DNA of 64,000 nt from Candidatus Fermentimicrarchaeum limneticum (lineage in GTDB: Archaea; Micrarchaeota; Micrarchaeia; Burarchaeales; Fermentimicrarchaeaceae). Positions 8,954-18,326 of this stretch are shown piece by piece (position 1 is the first letter of the stretch; each line of letters starts with the position of its first letter). The translations under genes were made by a program, and so were the position numbers. The notes beneath the pieces were generated by a model that had not been told where the DNA came from, did no database searches, and saw only the letters and a program-made list of their open reading frames with translations. Location of the stretch: assembly GCA_013426015.1 (NCBI GenBank), contig CP058998.1, positions 920,142-984,141 on the forward strand, in the 5' to 3' direction.

Positions 8954-9628
8954 TCACACCAGATTCAGCAATTCCGTCAGGTTGTTTATTATGTAGTCAG
9001 GCTTCTCCTTCTCCAGCATTTCCCTCTTCTGCGGTCCTGTTGTGACACATGCCATTTTCACTCCCGCATTCCGGGCGAATTTTATATCCGAAACAGTATC
9101 TCCAATGTAAAGACATTTGTTTTTGTCCGTGATGTTCAGTTTTTTCAGTGTGAGATACATTGCATTGGGATATGGGCGCGGCTTATCTGCATCTTCAAAA
9201 GCAACCAGCACTGGGAAGTATTTCAGGATATTGAACTGCTTCAGCAAAACGCGAGCCTCGCTGCGCCCCATTCCGGTCTGGCATGCAGTCCTAACCCGTC
9301 TTGCGTTCAGCTCATCCAAGCATCTGTCCGCTCCGGGCATGATTCGGAACTTGCCCAGAAATTTGCGCGGGTATTCCTTTTCAAAAGATTTATAGCATCT
9401 CATAGTTACGGAATCTACATCCTTTCCCGTATAGGCCTCAGAAACCACGTTCCTCAATACGTTGAGGTGGCCTATCCCGAAATGGATGAATATCCTTTCA
9501 TCTGGTGGCACGGGCAACCGGCTCGTCTTCAGCGTGTCTTTTACTGCCTCCAGCAGCGCATCTTCTGTCCTTATGAGGGTGCCGCCTATATCGAAGATAC
9601 ATACCTCAATCATACCCTGTATATCCAA
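8954..9628 (-). CDS. HAD-superfamily hydrolase (variant motif I)
   Basis: 224 aa. Motif I reads FDIGGT (Asp+2 replaced by Gly). A C-terminal YIGDTVSDI motif is present. Confidence 0.7.
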   Translation of the reverse strand: MDIQGMIEVCIFDIGGTLIRTEDALLEAVKDTLKTSRLPVPPDERIFIHFGIGHLNVLRNVVSEAYTGKDVDSVTMRCYKSFEKEYPRKFLGKFRIMPGADRCLDELNARRVRTACQTGMGRSEARVLLKQFNILKYFPVLVAFEDADKPRPYPNAMYLTLKKLNITDKNKCLYIGDTVSDIKFARNAGVKMACVTTGPQKREMLEKEKPDYIINNLTELLNLV

Positions 9629-9665
9629 GGGAAAGTATATAACCCTGAATTGGTAAAGTTATTTT

Positions 9666-10553
9666 ATGAGGGAACAACTTGTACAAGAGGTAGCGGAGGT
9701 GCTTCTCAACTGCAACTACCTCTCTGTGTACTGCAGCCGGATACACAGCTGCTTTGATATGCTTGCGAAGAGGGAGAAGGAGGCGCTGCTTGTAAAGGTG
9801 CTGGAGAATATCGACGCATTCACAAAGCAGCAGGCAGAGGACATGAGGAAGATTGCTGGAATGCTTGCAGGCAACAGCTTCCTAGTGGGTGAGAAAAGCA
9901 ACGAGTACAAGTTGCAGGATGGGGTGCTCTACGAGAGGCACAAGGTTTCTACGGGCAATTTGAAAACATTCAAGGGAATTGTGGGTCGGGAGGAACTGCC
10001 AAAGATGAGGAAGTTCAGGGAATTGCTGGTTGATATCGACGAGGATAAGATGGTTAGGAGGAGGGGGGAGCTGAAGCTGAGTCTGGAGGGGCTTGCGAGG
10101 AAGTCCGGTATTTCTAAGGAGACGCTGTACAGGTATGAACATGGAAAGATTTATGCAAGCGAGGAGAACGCGAGAAGAATTGAGGAAATCTTAGGGATGG
10201 AAGTGAGGAAGTTCATAGACCCTTTCAGGGGAAGGCAGAAGTTCGTCAGTGAAGATACATTGATAAGCATGCTGGGCTTTGAGAGTGTGAAGATGATGAC
10301 AGCTCCCTTTGACATACTTGGGAAGGAGAGGAAGCTGCTCTTTGCGGGCGAGGAGGCGGACAGGAGGACCATGACGAAGAGGGCTGGGGTATATTCAAGT
10401 ATAATGGATGTGTTCGGCTCTGGCTCATGTTTCATTCTGAACAAATACAGCAAAGACAATATCGCAGGGATACCTGTTGTCAGAAAAAAGGAGATAAAGG
10501 AGATAAAAAAGGCAAAAGAGCTGATGAAGCTTATCGAGGAGAGGGGCGCTTAG
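9666..10553 (+). CDS. archaeal HTH-type transcriptional regulator (cro/C1-type HTH, MJ1164-like family)
   Basis: 295 aa. The N-terminal domain (CFDMLAKREKEALLVKVLENID...FLVGEKS...LQDGVLYERHKV) and the central HTH (LSLEGLARKSGISKETLYRYEHG) are colinear with the conserved archaeal family. Confidence 0.78.
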   Translation: MREQLVQEVAEVLLNCNYLSVYCSRIHSCFDMLAKREKEALLVKVLENIDAFTKQQAEDMRKIAGMLAGNSFLVGEKSNEYKLQDGVLYERHKVSTGNLKTFKGIVGREELPKMRKFRELLVDIDEDKMVRRRGELKLSLEGLARKSGISKETLYRYEHGKIYASEENARRIEEILGMEVRKFIDPFRGRQKFVSEDTLISMLGFESVKMMTAPFDILGKERKLLFAGEEADRRTMTKRAGVYSSIMDVFGSGSCFILNKYSKDNIAGIPVVRKKEIKEIKKAKELMKLIEERGA

Positions 10554-10977
10554 AGGACTTGAATCTTTTTGCCAGCCACGTTACAATTACTGAGAGAACT
10601 GCGGACAGCAGCGTGTTTTCGAGCATGATGAGTAGGAGCATCTGGAAGAGGGATTCCGCAGAGTCTGCAGCTGCACCAAGCACGGCTTTGCCGAAATAGT
10701 TCTTCCCAACCAAGCCGGATGCGCAGATTACGGAGGCAAACGTAAAACCTAGAACTGCACCGTTCAATGCAGATGTTTTTAATTCCTCATCCGCACGGGA
10801 GTATGCAACATAGGCGACTACCAGAAATGTTGCAAGAGTGAAGAGAAGGTTGCCTAGAGAGTAGGAGAAGATTGGTGGCAGGATACCTGAGATGATCAGC
10901 GCGGGTTCGAGTAATGAGAGGATGATAATCAGCAGAAGCGGCTGCGTCAGCGTCCTTTCCTTGGTTTTTTTCTTCAC
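10531..10977 (-). CDS. integral membrane protein, hypothetical
   Basis: 148 aa with about four hydrophobic spans. No recognisable motif. Confidence 0.5.
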   Translation of the reverse strand: MKKKTKERTLTQPLLLIIILSLLEPALIISGILPPIFSYSLGNLLFTLATFLVVAYVAYSRADEELKTSALNGAVLGFTFASVICASGLVGKNYFGKAVLGAAADSAESLFQMLLLIMLENTLLSAVLSVIVTWLAKRFKSSKRPSPR

Positions 10978-11110
10978 GACTGCATTTTGATTGTTTGTTT
11001 TAAATTACTTCCTGAAGGGGGAGGTTCTGGGAAATGTATTTAAATCTGTATGCATACATATATAGTAAAAATGCTGATTATATTAGTTGAAAATTTGGAG
11101 GTGTTTTTGA

Positions 11111-12778
11111 ATGGCAGGGGAAGCACAATTTGGCGGACAGTCTGTGCTCATTCTTCCGGAAGGAGCTCAGAGGCTTCTTGGTAGGGATGCGCAGAGGACG
11201 AACATAGCGGTAGCATGCGCGATTGGGAATATTGTGAGAACAACGCTGGGTCCAAGGGGAATGGACAAAATGTTGGTCAGTGAGATGGGCGACATCGTCA
11301 TAACCAACGACGGTGCTACAATTCTGGAGGAGATGAATGTGGAGCACCCGGCAGCGAAGATAATGGTGGAGATAGCGAAGACGCAGGACAAGGAAGTCGG
11401 CGATGGGACGACAACCGCTGTGATGCTTGGCGGTGAGCTGCTGAAGAGGGCTGGTGAGCTGCTTGATCAGGATATACACCCAAGCACCATCATAAGAGGT
11501 TACAAGCGCGCGGCAGGTTACTGCGAGAAAATACTGAGGAATATAAGCTACAAGGTGACCCTTGAGGACACGGAGACGCTGGAGAAGATTGCATCCATTT
11601 CGATGGGTTCAAAAACAGTTGGGTTCGGAAATGTGAAGGACAAGCTGGGGAAGTTGGTTGTGAGCGCAGTGAAGCAGGTCGCAGAGAGGAAGGATGGGAA
11701 GGTTGTTGTGGATGATGATTTCATAAAAGTGGAGAAGAAGGAGGGAGGCGACATAGACGACACCCAGCTTATAAATGGTGTGCTGATTGATAAGGAAGTG
11801 GTGCACCCCGGGATGCCGAAGAAGGTGGAGAACGCGAAAATTGCACTCGTGGATTCTGCATTGGAGATTGAGAAGACGGAGACGGATGCAAAGATAGAGA
11901 TTACGTCTCCTGAGCAGATGGAGGCTTTCCTGAAGCAGGAGGAGAAGATGCTGAGGGAGATGGTTGAGAAGATAGCCGCAAGCGGTGCGAATGTCGTCTT
12001 TTGCCAGAAGGGAATTGATGACGTCGCCCAACACTTCCTCGCGAAGAAGGGCTTGGTTGCGGTGAGGAGGGTGAAGAAGAGCGACATGGAGAAGCTTGCG
12101 AAGGCAACTGGTGCAAAGGTTGCAACCAGCTTGGATGACCTTACTGCAAAAGACCTGGGTTACGCTGGTCTGGTGGAGGAGAGGAAGATCGCGGGAGAGC
12201 AGATGGTCTTCGTTGAGAAGTGCAAAGACCCGAAGAGCGTCACCATATTCGTGAGGGCAAGCACAGAGCAAGTTGTGAATGAGGGGGAGAGGGCGATTGT
12301 CGACGGGATTGGTGCAGTGAGCAGCGCAGTTGAGGAAGGTGAGTACGTTGCAGGTGGAGGAAGCATTGAGATGCAGCTTGCAACAGAACTCAGGAAGTAC
12401 GCAACCGAGACCGGGGGCAGGGAGCAGCTTGCTATACAGGCATTTGCAGATACGCTGGAGATAGTCCCAAGGACTCTCTCAGAGAGCGCAGGGATGGATG
12501 TGATAGACACGCTGGCTGAGCTGAGGACAAGGCACAAGAGAGCGGATGGCAGGGATGCTGGAGTTGACGTCTACAACAGCAAGATCGCGGATATGAAGAA
12601 GCTTGGGGTGATAGAGCCGACCAAGGTGAAGACGCAGGCGATTGCAAGTGCAAGCGAGGCAGCTGCGATGCTGCTGAGGATAGACGACATGATAAGCGCA
12701 AAGGCGAGGATGCCGGCAGGAGGTCCTGGGGGACCAGGAGGAATGCCAGGCGGAATGGGTGGAGGGGATTACGAGTAG
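11111..12778 (+). CDS. ths: thermosome subunit (group II chaperonin)
   Basis: 555 aa. Contains [29 protein letters not shown] and a Gly/Met/Pro-rich C-terminal tail. GGAGGTG lies 8 nt upstream of the ATG. Confidence 0.95.
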   Translation: MAGEAQFGGQSVLILPEGAQRLLGRDAQRTNIAVACAIGNIVRTTLGPRGMDKMLVSEMGDIVITNDGATILEEMNVEHPAAKIMVEIAKTQDKEVGDGTTTAVMLGGELLKRAGELLDQDIHPSTIIRGYKRAAGYCEKILRNISYKVTLEDTETLEKIASISMGSKTVGFGNVKDKLGKLVVSAVKQVAERKDGKVVVDDDFIKVEKKEGGDIDDTQLINGVLIDKEVVHPGMPKKVENAKIALVDSALEIEKTETDAKIEITSPEQMEAFLKQEEKMLREMVEKIAASGANVVFCQKGIDDVAQHFLAKKGLVAVRRVKKSDMEKLAKATGAKVATSLDDLTAKDLGYAGLVEERKIAGEQMVFVEKCKDPKSVTIFVRASTEQVVNEGERAIVDGIGAVSSAVEEGEYVAGGGSIEMQLATELRKYATETGGREQLAIQAFADTLEIVPRTLSESAGMDVIDTLAELRTRHKRADGRDAGVDVYNSKIADMKKLGVIEPTKVKTQAIASASEAAAMLLRIDDMISAKARMPAGGPGGPGGMPGGMGGGDYE

Positions 12779-12799
12779 TCTCTCCTCTTTTCCTTCTTT

Positions 12800-13552
12800 T
12801 TATTTTTCTACATATTTCAGAAGTTTTCTGCTTAGGGACTTGTTTGAAGCAATAATCGTCCTGTCAAATAACCCCCATGGTTTTCCTTTGAAGTTTATCA
12901 CTTCCCCTCCTGCCTCTTTTATGATGACGCAGGCTGCTGCAGCATCCCATGGTTGTATGTCGTTGTGAATGTATGCCTGCACCCTGTCCAATGCAACATC
13001 CGCAAGCCCTATGCTGGCGGAGCCCATGATGCGCACTGCCCTTGACACCGGAAGCAGCGCCTTCACCCTCTTCACTATGTGCCTGCTCCGCTCGTGCCCT
13101 AGGTCGGTTGCAACGATGCAGTTTATCAGTTTGTTTTCATTGCCGACCCTGGCCCGCCTTCCGTTAAGGTACGCGCCCTTCTTGTTTTCAGCATAGATGA
13201 ACTCGTTATGGTATGGATCGTAGATGACTCCTAAGAGAGGTTGCTTTCTGTAAGCAAGCCCTATTGAGATTGAGAAGCATGGAAGCCCTGCGGCGTAGTT
13301 CACTGTCCCGTCTATTGGGTCTATCACCCAGAGGTAGTTGGATTCCCCATGATGGCCGCCAGTCTCCTCCGCGAGTATGCCATGGTTGGGAAATTTCTTG
13401 TTTATTTCTTTTCTTATGAGATTTTCCACTTCCGTGTCGGCAGTCGTCACTATATCCTGCTTCGATTTCAGGCTGACCTTCATGCATCTCCTGAAGTGCT
13501 TCATCGCGATTGCTCCTGCCTTCTCAGCGGTTTTTAGTGCAAAGTCCATCAT
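12800..13552 (-). CDS. suhB: inositol monophosphatase / fructose-1,6-bisphosphatase family protein
   Basis: 250 aa. Contains LAEETG and WVIDPIDGTVNY motifs. Confidence 0.85.
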   Translation of the reverse strand: MMDFALKTAEKAGAIAMKHFRRCMKVSLKSKQDIVTTADTEVENLIRKEINKKFPNHGILAEETGGHHGESNYLWVIDPIDGTVNYAAGLPCFSISIGLAYRKQPLLGVIYDPYHNEFIYAENKKGAYLNGRRARVGNENKLINCIVATDLGHERSRHIVKRVKALLPVSRAVRIMGSASIGLADVALDRVQAYIHNDIQPWDAAAACVIIKEAGGEVINFKGKPWGLFDRTIIASNKSLSRKLLKYVEK

Positions 13553-13565
13553 AGTAACACCGAGA

Positions 13566-13652
13566 CGGGCCCGGGGGGATTCGAACCCCCAACCAACTGG
13601 TCCGAAGCCTTGCGAGTTTCCTAGTCGCGCTGTCCAGTTGCGCCACGGGCCC
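13566..13652 (-). tRNA. tRNA-Arg (anticodon TCG) with a 13-nt intron at the non-canonical position 29/30
   Basis: Acceptor GGGCCCG/CGGGCCC, D-arm GCGC-AACTGGACA-GCGC and T-arm GGGGG-TTCGAAT-CCCCC. Removing 13610-13622 (AGGAAACTCGCAA in the RNA sense) yields a perfect anticodon arm ACTGG-CTTCGGA-CCAGT. A 4-bp helix GCGA/TCGC is flanked by the 3-nt bulges CT|A and AA|G. Confidence 0.75.
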
Positions 13653-13679
13653 CAATAGATTTTGTAGCTGCATTAATAT

Positions 13680-14564
13680 TTACTTTGTTAGGACCCGGGC
13701 TGCATCCTTCTCAACAACCACGGTTAATTCGGCCTGCGAGACAAGCCCCTTCCCAGCATCCTTTAGTACGGGGTACTGGTGGAAAGAGCCGGAGAAGATG
13801 AGCTCCCGCAGAGCAGCGTGAAGAAGCAGTTTGGAGTGAAAGTCCTTGTACAACCATCTCTCCGCAAAGGGCAGGGTTCTGTAATTCTCCTCCACGTAGG
13901 TGAGCAGCCTCCTTGACTCCCTCATCCTTACCGGGAATTTTTCCTCAAGCGCGAATATCTCAACCTCGGGTGATTCCGATACTCTCCCCTCGCCGTTTGT
14001 TGCGAATGGTTCGATTGCAAGCACCATCCCTTCCTGCAGGGGATTCGGATCCTTGTTGTCGATGTTTGGGATTTCAACTCCTGCGTGCAGCTCATACTCG
14101 CCCAGGGAATGGCCGGTGAGGTTTGCTATTGGCTTGAAGCCGTATCCCTTTATTGCTGTTTCCACCTCTGCGCCAATCTCCCAGAGCTTGACCCCTGCGC
14201 GCACTGTGCATACCGCAGCATCCAAAGCTTTCTCCGCGGCCTCAACAAGCTTGCCGTTCTCGTTTGACAAATCCACGGTGAGGGCGTTGTCTCCGATAAA
14301 ACCGTCGATATGAACGCCAACATCCAGCTTCACAACGTCTTTCTCCCCGAAAACAAGCGTGCTGTCCTTCTCCGGCGTGAAGTGCGCCGCGGCCTCGTTT
14401 ATTGATATGTTTACCGGAAAGGCTGGTTTCGCCCCCTTCTCCCTTATCTTGCCCTCCGCAGCTTCAGCTAGCTCAAGCAGCTTCGCCCCTGGCTTGATTA
14501 ACTGCTTGCACTCCTGCAGCACTTCATATGCAATCCTGCCGGCTTTCTCGTATTTCTCAATCAT
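13680..14564 (-). CDS. map: methionine aminopeptidase, type 2 (archaeal)
   Basis: 294 aa. The layout is FPVNISINEAAAHFTP, LDVGVHIDGFIGD, GHSL and LAIEPF. Confidence 0.9.
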   Translation of the reverse strand: MIEKYEKAGRIAYEVLQECKQLIKPGAKLLELAEAAEGKIREKGAKPAFPVNISINEAAAHFTPEKDSTLVFGEKDVVKLDVGVHIDGFIGDNALTVDLSNENGKLVEAAEKALDAAVCTVRAGVKLWEIGAEVETAIKGYGFKPIANLTGHSLGEYELHAGVEIPNIDNKDPNPLQEGMVLAIEPFATNGEGRVSESPEVEIFALEEKFPVRMRESRRLLTYVEENYRTLPFAERWLYKDFHSKLLLHAALRELIFSGSFHQYPVLKDAGKGLVSQAELTVVVEKDAARVLTK

Positions 14565-15213
14565 TTTCCAGCCTCTCTATTATCGCGGGAAGCTCGCTGA
14601 TTTTATTTATTCGGTAATCCCCCTCCTTGCTGGGATGGGACGAAACAAGAACAGTGGTTATCCCAAGCTTCCTTGCTGGCCGTATGTCCTTCTCAATACT
14701 GTCTCCGACCATCATGATTTCTTGTGGTTTTAGTTTAAGCTTCGTGAGAACTGATCTGTAGAACTTTTCTGATTTCCTTGATGTTACGAAAACATCGTGA
14801 AATATATTATGCAAGCCAAGCCTTATGAGCTTATCCCACTGCTTCAGGGCTCTGCCTTCGGATGCGACGCAGATTCTGTATCCCTTCTCTCTGAGCTGGA
14901 TTATTGTTTTCGGTACGTCAGGATAGGGGAATATGCTGGCTTTTGCCTGGTGGTAGGCGACGATTCCAGCAGCTATTATCTTGGGGTCGTTCCCCATGCT
15001 GAGTTCCCGCAGAAGGGCATTGAAGTGCTTGGGGTAGTTCGGCCCGTACTTTTTGATAATCTTTTTCAGTTTTGCGTACGTTTCGGTTGCATCAGCATCC
15101 AGCCCTGCCTCAATCATCGCATTTATGGCATTTCTCCTTGCAAGCTCTGCAAACTCGCCTGATGGGAAGAGGGTGTTGTCAATGTCGAAGAGGATTGCCT
15201 TTATCAATGCCAA
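14557..15213 (-). CDS. HAD-superfamily hydrolase
   Basis: 218 aa. Motif I is ILFDIDNTL and motif IV is MVGDSIEKDI. It overlaps polB and map, consistent with one operon. Confidence 0.75.
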   Translation of the reverse strand: MALIKAILFDIDNTLFPSGEFAELARRNAINAMIEAGLDADATETYAKLKKIIKKYGPNYPKHFNALLRELSMGNDPKIIAAGIVAYHQAKASIFPYPDVPKTIIQLREKGYRICVASEGRALKQWDKLIRLGLHNIFHDVFVTSRKSEKFYRSVLTKLKLKPQEIMMVGDSIEKDIRPARKLGITTVLVSSHPSKEGDYRINKISELPAIIERLEND

Positions 15214-17585
15214 TCACCCAGGCTGGACTGCTTGCCCCCGAGCAGCAGGTCGTCCTTCTTCACTCCCAGTTCCTTCAGGATTTTCAGCACGGCAGGTATG
15301 ACTTGGTGGTTGATGTAGTAGTCCGCGTCGTAATCCTGAGCTTGATCCACGGGCACTGCTTTATCCGATATGCTCGTCCCCTTCCTTGTTATTACATAGC
15401 TTATGAGCGAGCCTTCCTCAACTAGCATGCCTGCCTTCATTGCCTTCTTTGCAGCTTCCAATTCGGGTGAGGTGATCTCATATTTTCCAATGCACTTCTT
15501 GAGTTGGGTGTATATCACAAGTTCATCAAGCGGGGTTTTGCCCGCCCTCAGTTCATCAATCTTGTCCATCACAATCTTCACCGCCTTCTCCTTACTGCCC
15601 TCCTTGAGGATTGCTCCAAGAACCTGCTCCTGGACACTCTTTGCGACGCCCGCCCAGTCCCTTCTAACCAGCTCGAAGCCGCGTATCTTTATCCTGCCGT
15701 CCTCCCCAATCATCGCATATTTCTTCTTTGCTCCTTTTGCCTCCGCCTTCTTGCTCACGAAAACTCCTCTTGTGTAGAACCCTTCAAGCTCCAGCTCCAT
15801 CTTCTCAGGCAGCTCGGAGTTTATCCTGTCGACAAACTCAAGCGCGTCCTTCTTCTTTTTGTCTCCGAGCAGCAGCATGAGGGAGTCAGTGTCTCCGTAA
15901 AGGACCTTGAAGCCTGCCTCTTCTGCCTTCTTCATTGTTTCCTGTATGTAGTGCCTGCCCCAGGCGGTTGTGCTCTCCCCGGCTTCCTTGGAGTACCAGC
16001 GCGAGCGCGGGTAGAGCAGGTAGCCGTAGAATGAGTTTGCGGTTATCTTCAGAGCCTGCTGCCTTGCGTCAAGCTGTATGTACTCATCACTGCCGGGCTG
16101 GAGTGCCTTCATCTTCTTTTTTATCTCCGCCCTTTTCTGCAGCAGTTCGCCAAGCACAGATGGGATAAGGCCTTTCTTCTTCCTGCAGAAGCGGTGCCCT
16201 ACTGGTGAAACGAACGCATCCTTGCAGCAGTCGCAGTTCAGGGTGAACGGGTCGATGTTGTGGGATATAATGATGGAGGGATACAGGGAGCGGAAGTCGA
16301 AAACAACCAGACTGTCGTAGATTCCCGGCTCCGGCATCTTGACGAACGCGCCGACTGCAGGCGATGCCGCCCGGGCGGTTATCTCCTCCTCCTTGGGTTG
16401 GTTCGGCACGACCATGTTCTCCCAATGCGCCCTGTTCATCAGGAGCTGCTCAACAATCGTTCCTGTGGAGGAGCCGCATATGTCGAAGAGCGGAACCTTT
16501 GACAGCTTGGAAATCTCGTATTCCATGGGGAGGAGCCTGTCTGCAAGCTCCTTTGTCGCAACCGCATCATTCAGGGAGTACTCGGCAAGCTCGCCACACT
16601 TCAGATGGTCATCCCAGTACCTCCATATCTCCAGTTTCGGCAGCACTTTCTTTTTCTTCCCAGTTATCTCGGAATAAACCTCTGTAAGGGTGTACTTGAA
16701 TGTTTTCAGAGAACCGATGGTTGCAAGGAAGCGTATTATGTGGAACAGGTCCATGTGAATTCTACCCGTAATTTTTGCCTTTGTTATGCGGCCCCTTCTC
16801 TGCAGCCTGAAGCTGGAGCCGTCCCTTCCAAGCGGGAGGGGAATTTTCAGAGCTGCTGCTCTGTCCTTCAGGTAGGGCAGGTCGAACTGGCTGGAGTTGT
16901 AGCCGATGAGGAGTTCAACGTTCTTCTCCTTGAGGAGGCTGCAGAACTTGCCTATCATCTCCTTCTCATCTGCGCATGCGTGAATGAATGGCTTGTCTAT
17001 CCGCCTTGTCGTGAGCACCCCCGCGGATTCATCTGCGTAGCTTATCATTATCACGGGGTCCTTGTTCGGGCGGGGCGCGCCCTGCGGGTTGTAGGTCTCA
17101 ATGTCAAAAGCCATTGTGTTGAATTTCAATGAGGGCGCGTCATGGATCTTTGTTATCTTCTTCAGTTCCCTGCCCTCCCTCTCGAATTCAACTACGCCAA
17201 GGGGGAGCAGCCCCTTGTCGATGATGTATCTTCTCGTGAAGGGGATGTTGTGTTCGTAGGTTGTCCCGAACTTCGTTATCTCCTCCCTGAGAACGGGAAC
17301 ATCCCTCGGGTGGTTGCATATTATTCTGAGAAGCTCCCTTTCCTTTCCGGATAGAAGCATCCTAGCCTTCTCAATTCTCTTCACCTTGAAAACGACGCCC
17401 TTCTCCTCAACCACGAGCTGCTCAATCTCTTTTTTGGCATCCTCCAGATCCTCGGTGTAGAGGTAGAAGTACGGCTCGAAAGAACGGTCGTATACCCTGA
17501 AGAATTTCTTCCCTTTGAGGAGTAGGGAAATAACCGGCTCGGAACCTTTCGTTTTGTAACTGACGTCAACGAGGATGCCCTTCAT
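15204..17585 (-). CDS. polB: DNA polymerase, family B
   Basis: 793 aa. Has the exonuclease motif FDIET and the polymerase motifs DFRSLYPSIII, KITANSFYGY and YGDTDS. No intein-sized insertion is present. Confidence 0.95.
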   Translation of the reverse strand: MKGILVDVSYKTKGSEPVISLLLKGKKFFRVYDRSFEPYFYLYTEDLEDAKKEIEQLVVEEKGVVFKVKRIEKARMLLSGKERELLRIICNHPRDVPVLREEITKFGTTYEHNIPFTRRYIIDKGLLPLGVVEFEREGRELKKITKIHDAPSLKFNTMAFDIETYNPQGAPRPNKDPVIMISYADESAGVLTTRRIDKPFIHACADEKEMIGKFCSLLKEKNVELLIGYNSSQFDLPYLKDRAAALKIPLPLGRDGSSFRLQRRGRITKAKITGRIHMDLFHIIRFLATIGSLKTFKYTLTEVYSEITGKKKKVLPKLEIWRYWDDHLKCGELAEYSLNDAVATKELADRLLPMEYEISKLSKVPLFDICGSSTGTIVEQLLMNRAHWENMVVPNQPKEEEITARAASPAVGAFVKMPEPGIYDSLVVFDFRSLYPSIIISHNIDPFTLNCDCCKDAFVSPVGHRFCRKKKGLIPSVLGELLQKRAEIKKKMKALQPGSDEYIQLDARQQALKITANSFYGYLLYPRSRWYSKEAGESTTAWGRHYIQETMKKAEEAGFKVLYGDTDSLMLLLGDKKKKDALEFVDRINSELPEKMELELEGFYTRGVFVSKKAEAKGAKKKYAMIGEDGRIKIRGFELVRRDWAGVAKSVQEQVLGAILKEGSKEKAVKIVMDKIDELRAGKTPLDELVIYTQLKKCIGKYEITSPELEAAKKAMKAGMLVEEGSLISYVITRKGTSISDKAVPVDQAQDYDADYYINHQVIPAVLKILKELGVKKDDLLLGGKQSSLGDWH

Positions 17586-17623
17586 GTTATTAATTTTTTA
17601 ATCTAACCATTAAAAAGATAATC

Positions 17624-18274
17624 ATGGGTGGGAGGTCAAACGCGGCAAAGAAGGCTCTGGAGTTTGTGAAAAGCGGCATGGTTGTGGGGTTAGGCACGGG
17701 CAGGACTTCCGAGATTTTCATAAAGCTGCTTGCCAAAAAGAAGCTGAGAATCATCTGTGTGCCCACCTCCAAAAGGAGCGAGAGAGTTGCAAGGAGGGCA
17801 GGGCTGGTTGTGAAGGAATTGAATGAAGTGAAGAGAGTGGACGTGGCGGTGGACGGAGCTGATCAGGTAGACAAAGGTTTGAACCTGATTAAGGGGTATG
17901 GCGGGGCGCTCTTCAGGGAGAAGATTGTGGACTACGCAGCGAAGAGGTTTGTCGTCATTGTTGATGAGAGCAAACTCAGAGATGAATTGGAGGGCTGGGT
18001 GCCGCTGGAAGTTTCCTCCTTTGCAGTCGAGCAGGTCAGGAGAGAGCTGGGGTGGCTGGGTGCGGATAGCAGGCTGAGAATGAAGGGAAAGAAGAGATTC
18101 ATAACTGACAACAGGAATGTGATTGTGGATGCATATTTTGAGAGGATAAACGGCCCGGAGAAGCTGCATGAGACGCTGAAAGACATTCCAGGGGTCATTG
18201 AGACTGGTATTTTTGCGGGCGGGGTTTGGAAAGTAATAATTGGTAGTGAAAAGGGAGTTAGATTGCTTAGTTGA
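17624..18274 (+). CDS. rpiA: ribose-5-phosphate isomerase A
   Basis: 216 aa. Contains GLGTGRTSE, DGADQVD and GYGGALFREK. Confidence 0.88.
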   Translation: MGGRSNAAKKALEFVKSGMVVGLGTGRTSEIFIKLLAKKKLRIICVPTSKRSERVARRAGLVVKELNEVKRVDVAVDGADQVDKGLNLIKGYGGALFREKIVDYAAKRFVVIVDESKLRDELEGWVPLEVSSFAVEQVRRELGWLGADSRLRMKGKKRFITDNRNVIVDAYFERINGPEKLHETLKDIPGVIETGIFAGGVWKVIIGSEKGVRLLS

Positions 18275-18326
18275 TGGAGCAACTGGCTTTCATCTGATAA
18301 CGGCTTTGACATAAATTCACCTTCAC

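Noticed and set aside
12700-12778. Low-complexity Gly/Pro/Met repeat at the 3' end of the thermosome gene.
   Set aside because: This is the normal flexible C-terminal tail of group II chaperonins and is not a separate feature.
18265-18300. C/D-box sRNA-like strings (TGATGG ... CTGA) after rpiA.
   Set aside because: The box spacing is too short, no C'/D' pair or terminal stem is evident, and the strings overlap the rpiA stop region.
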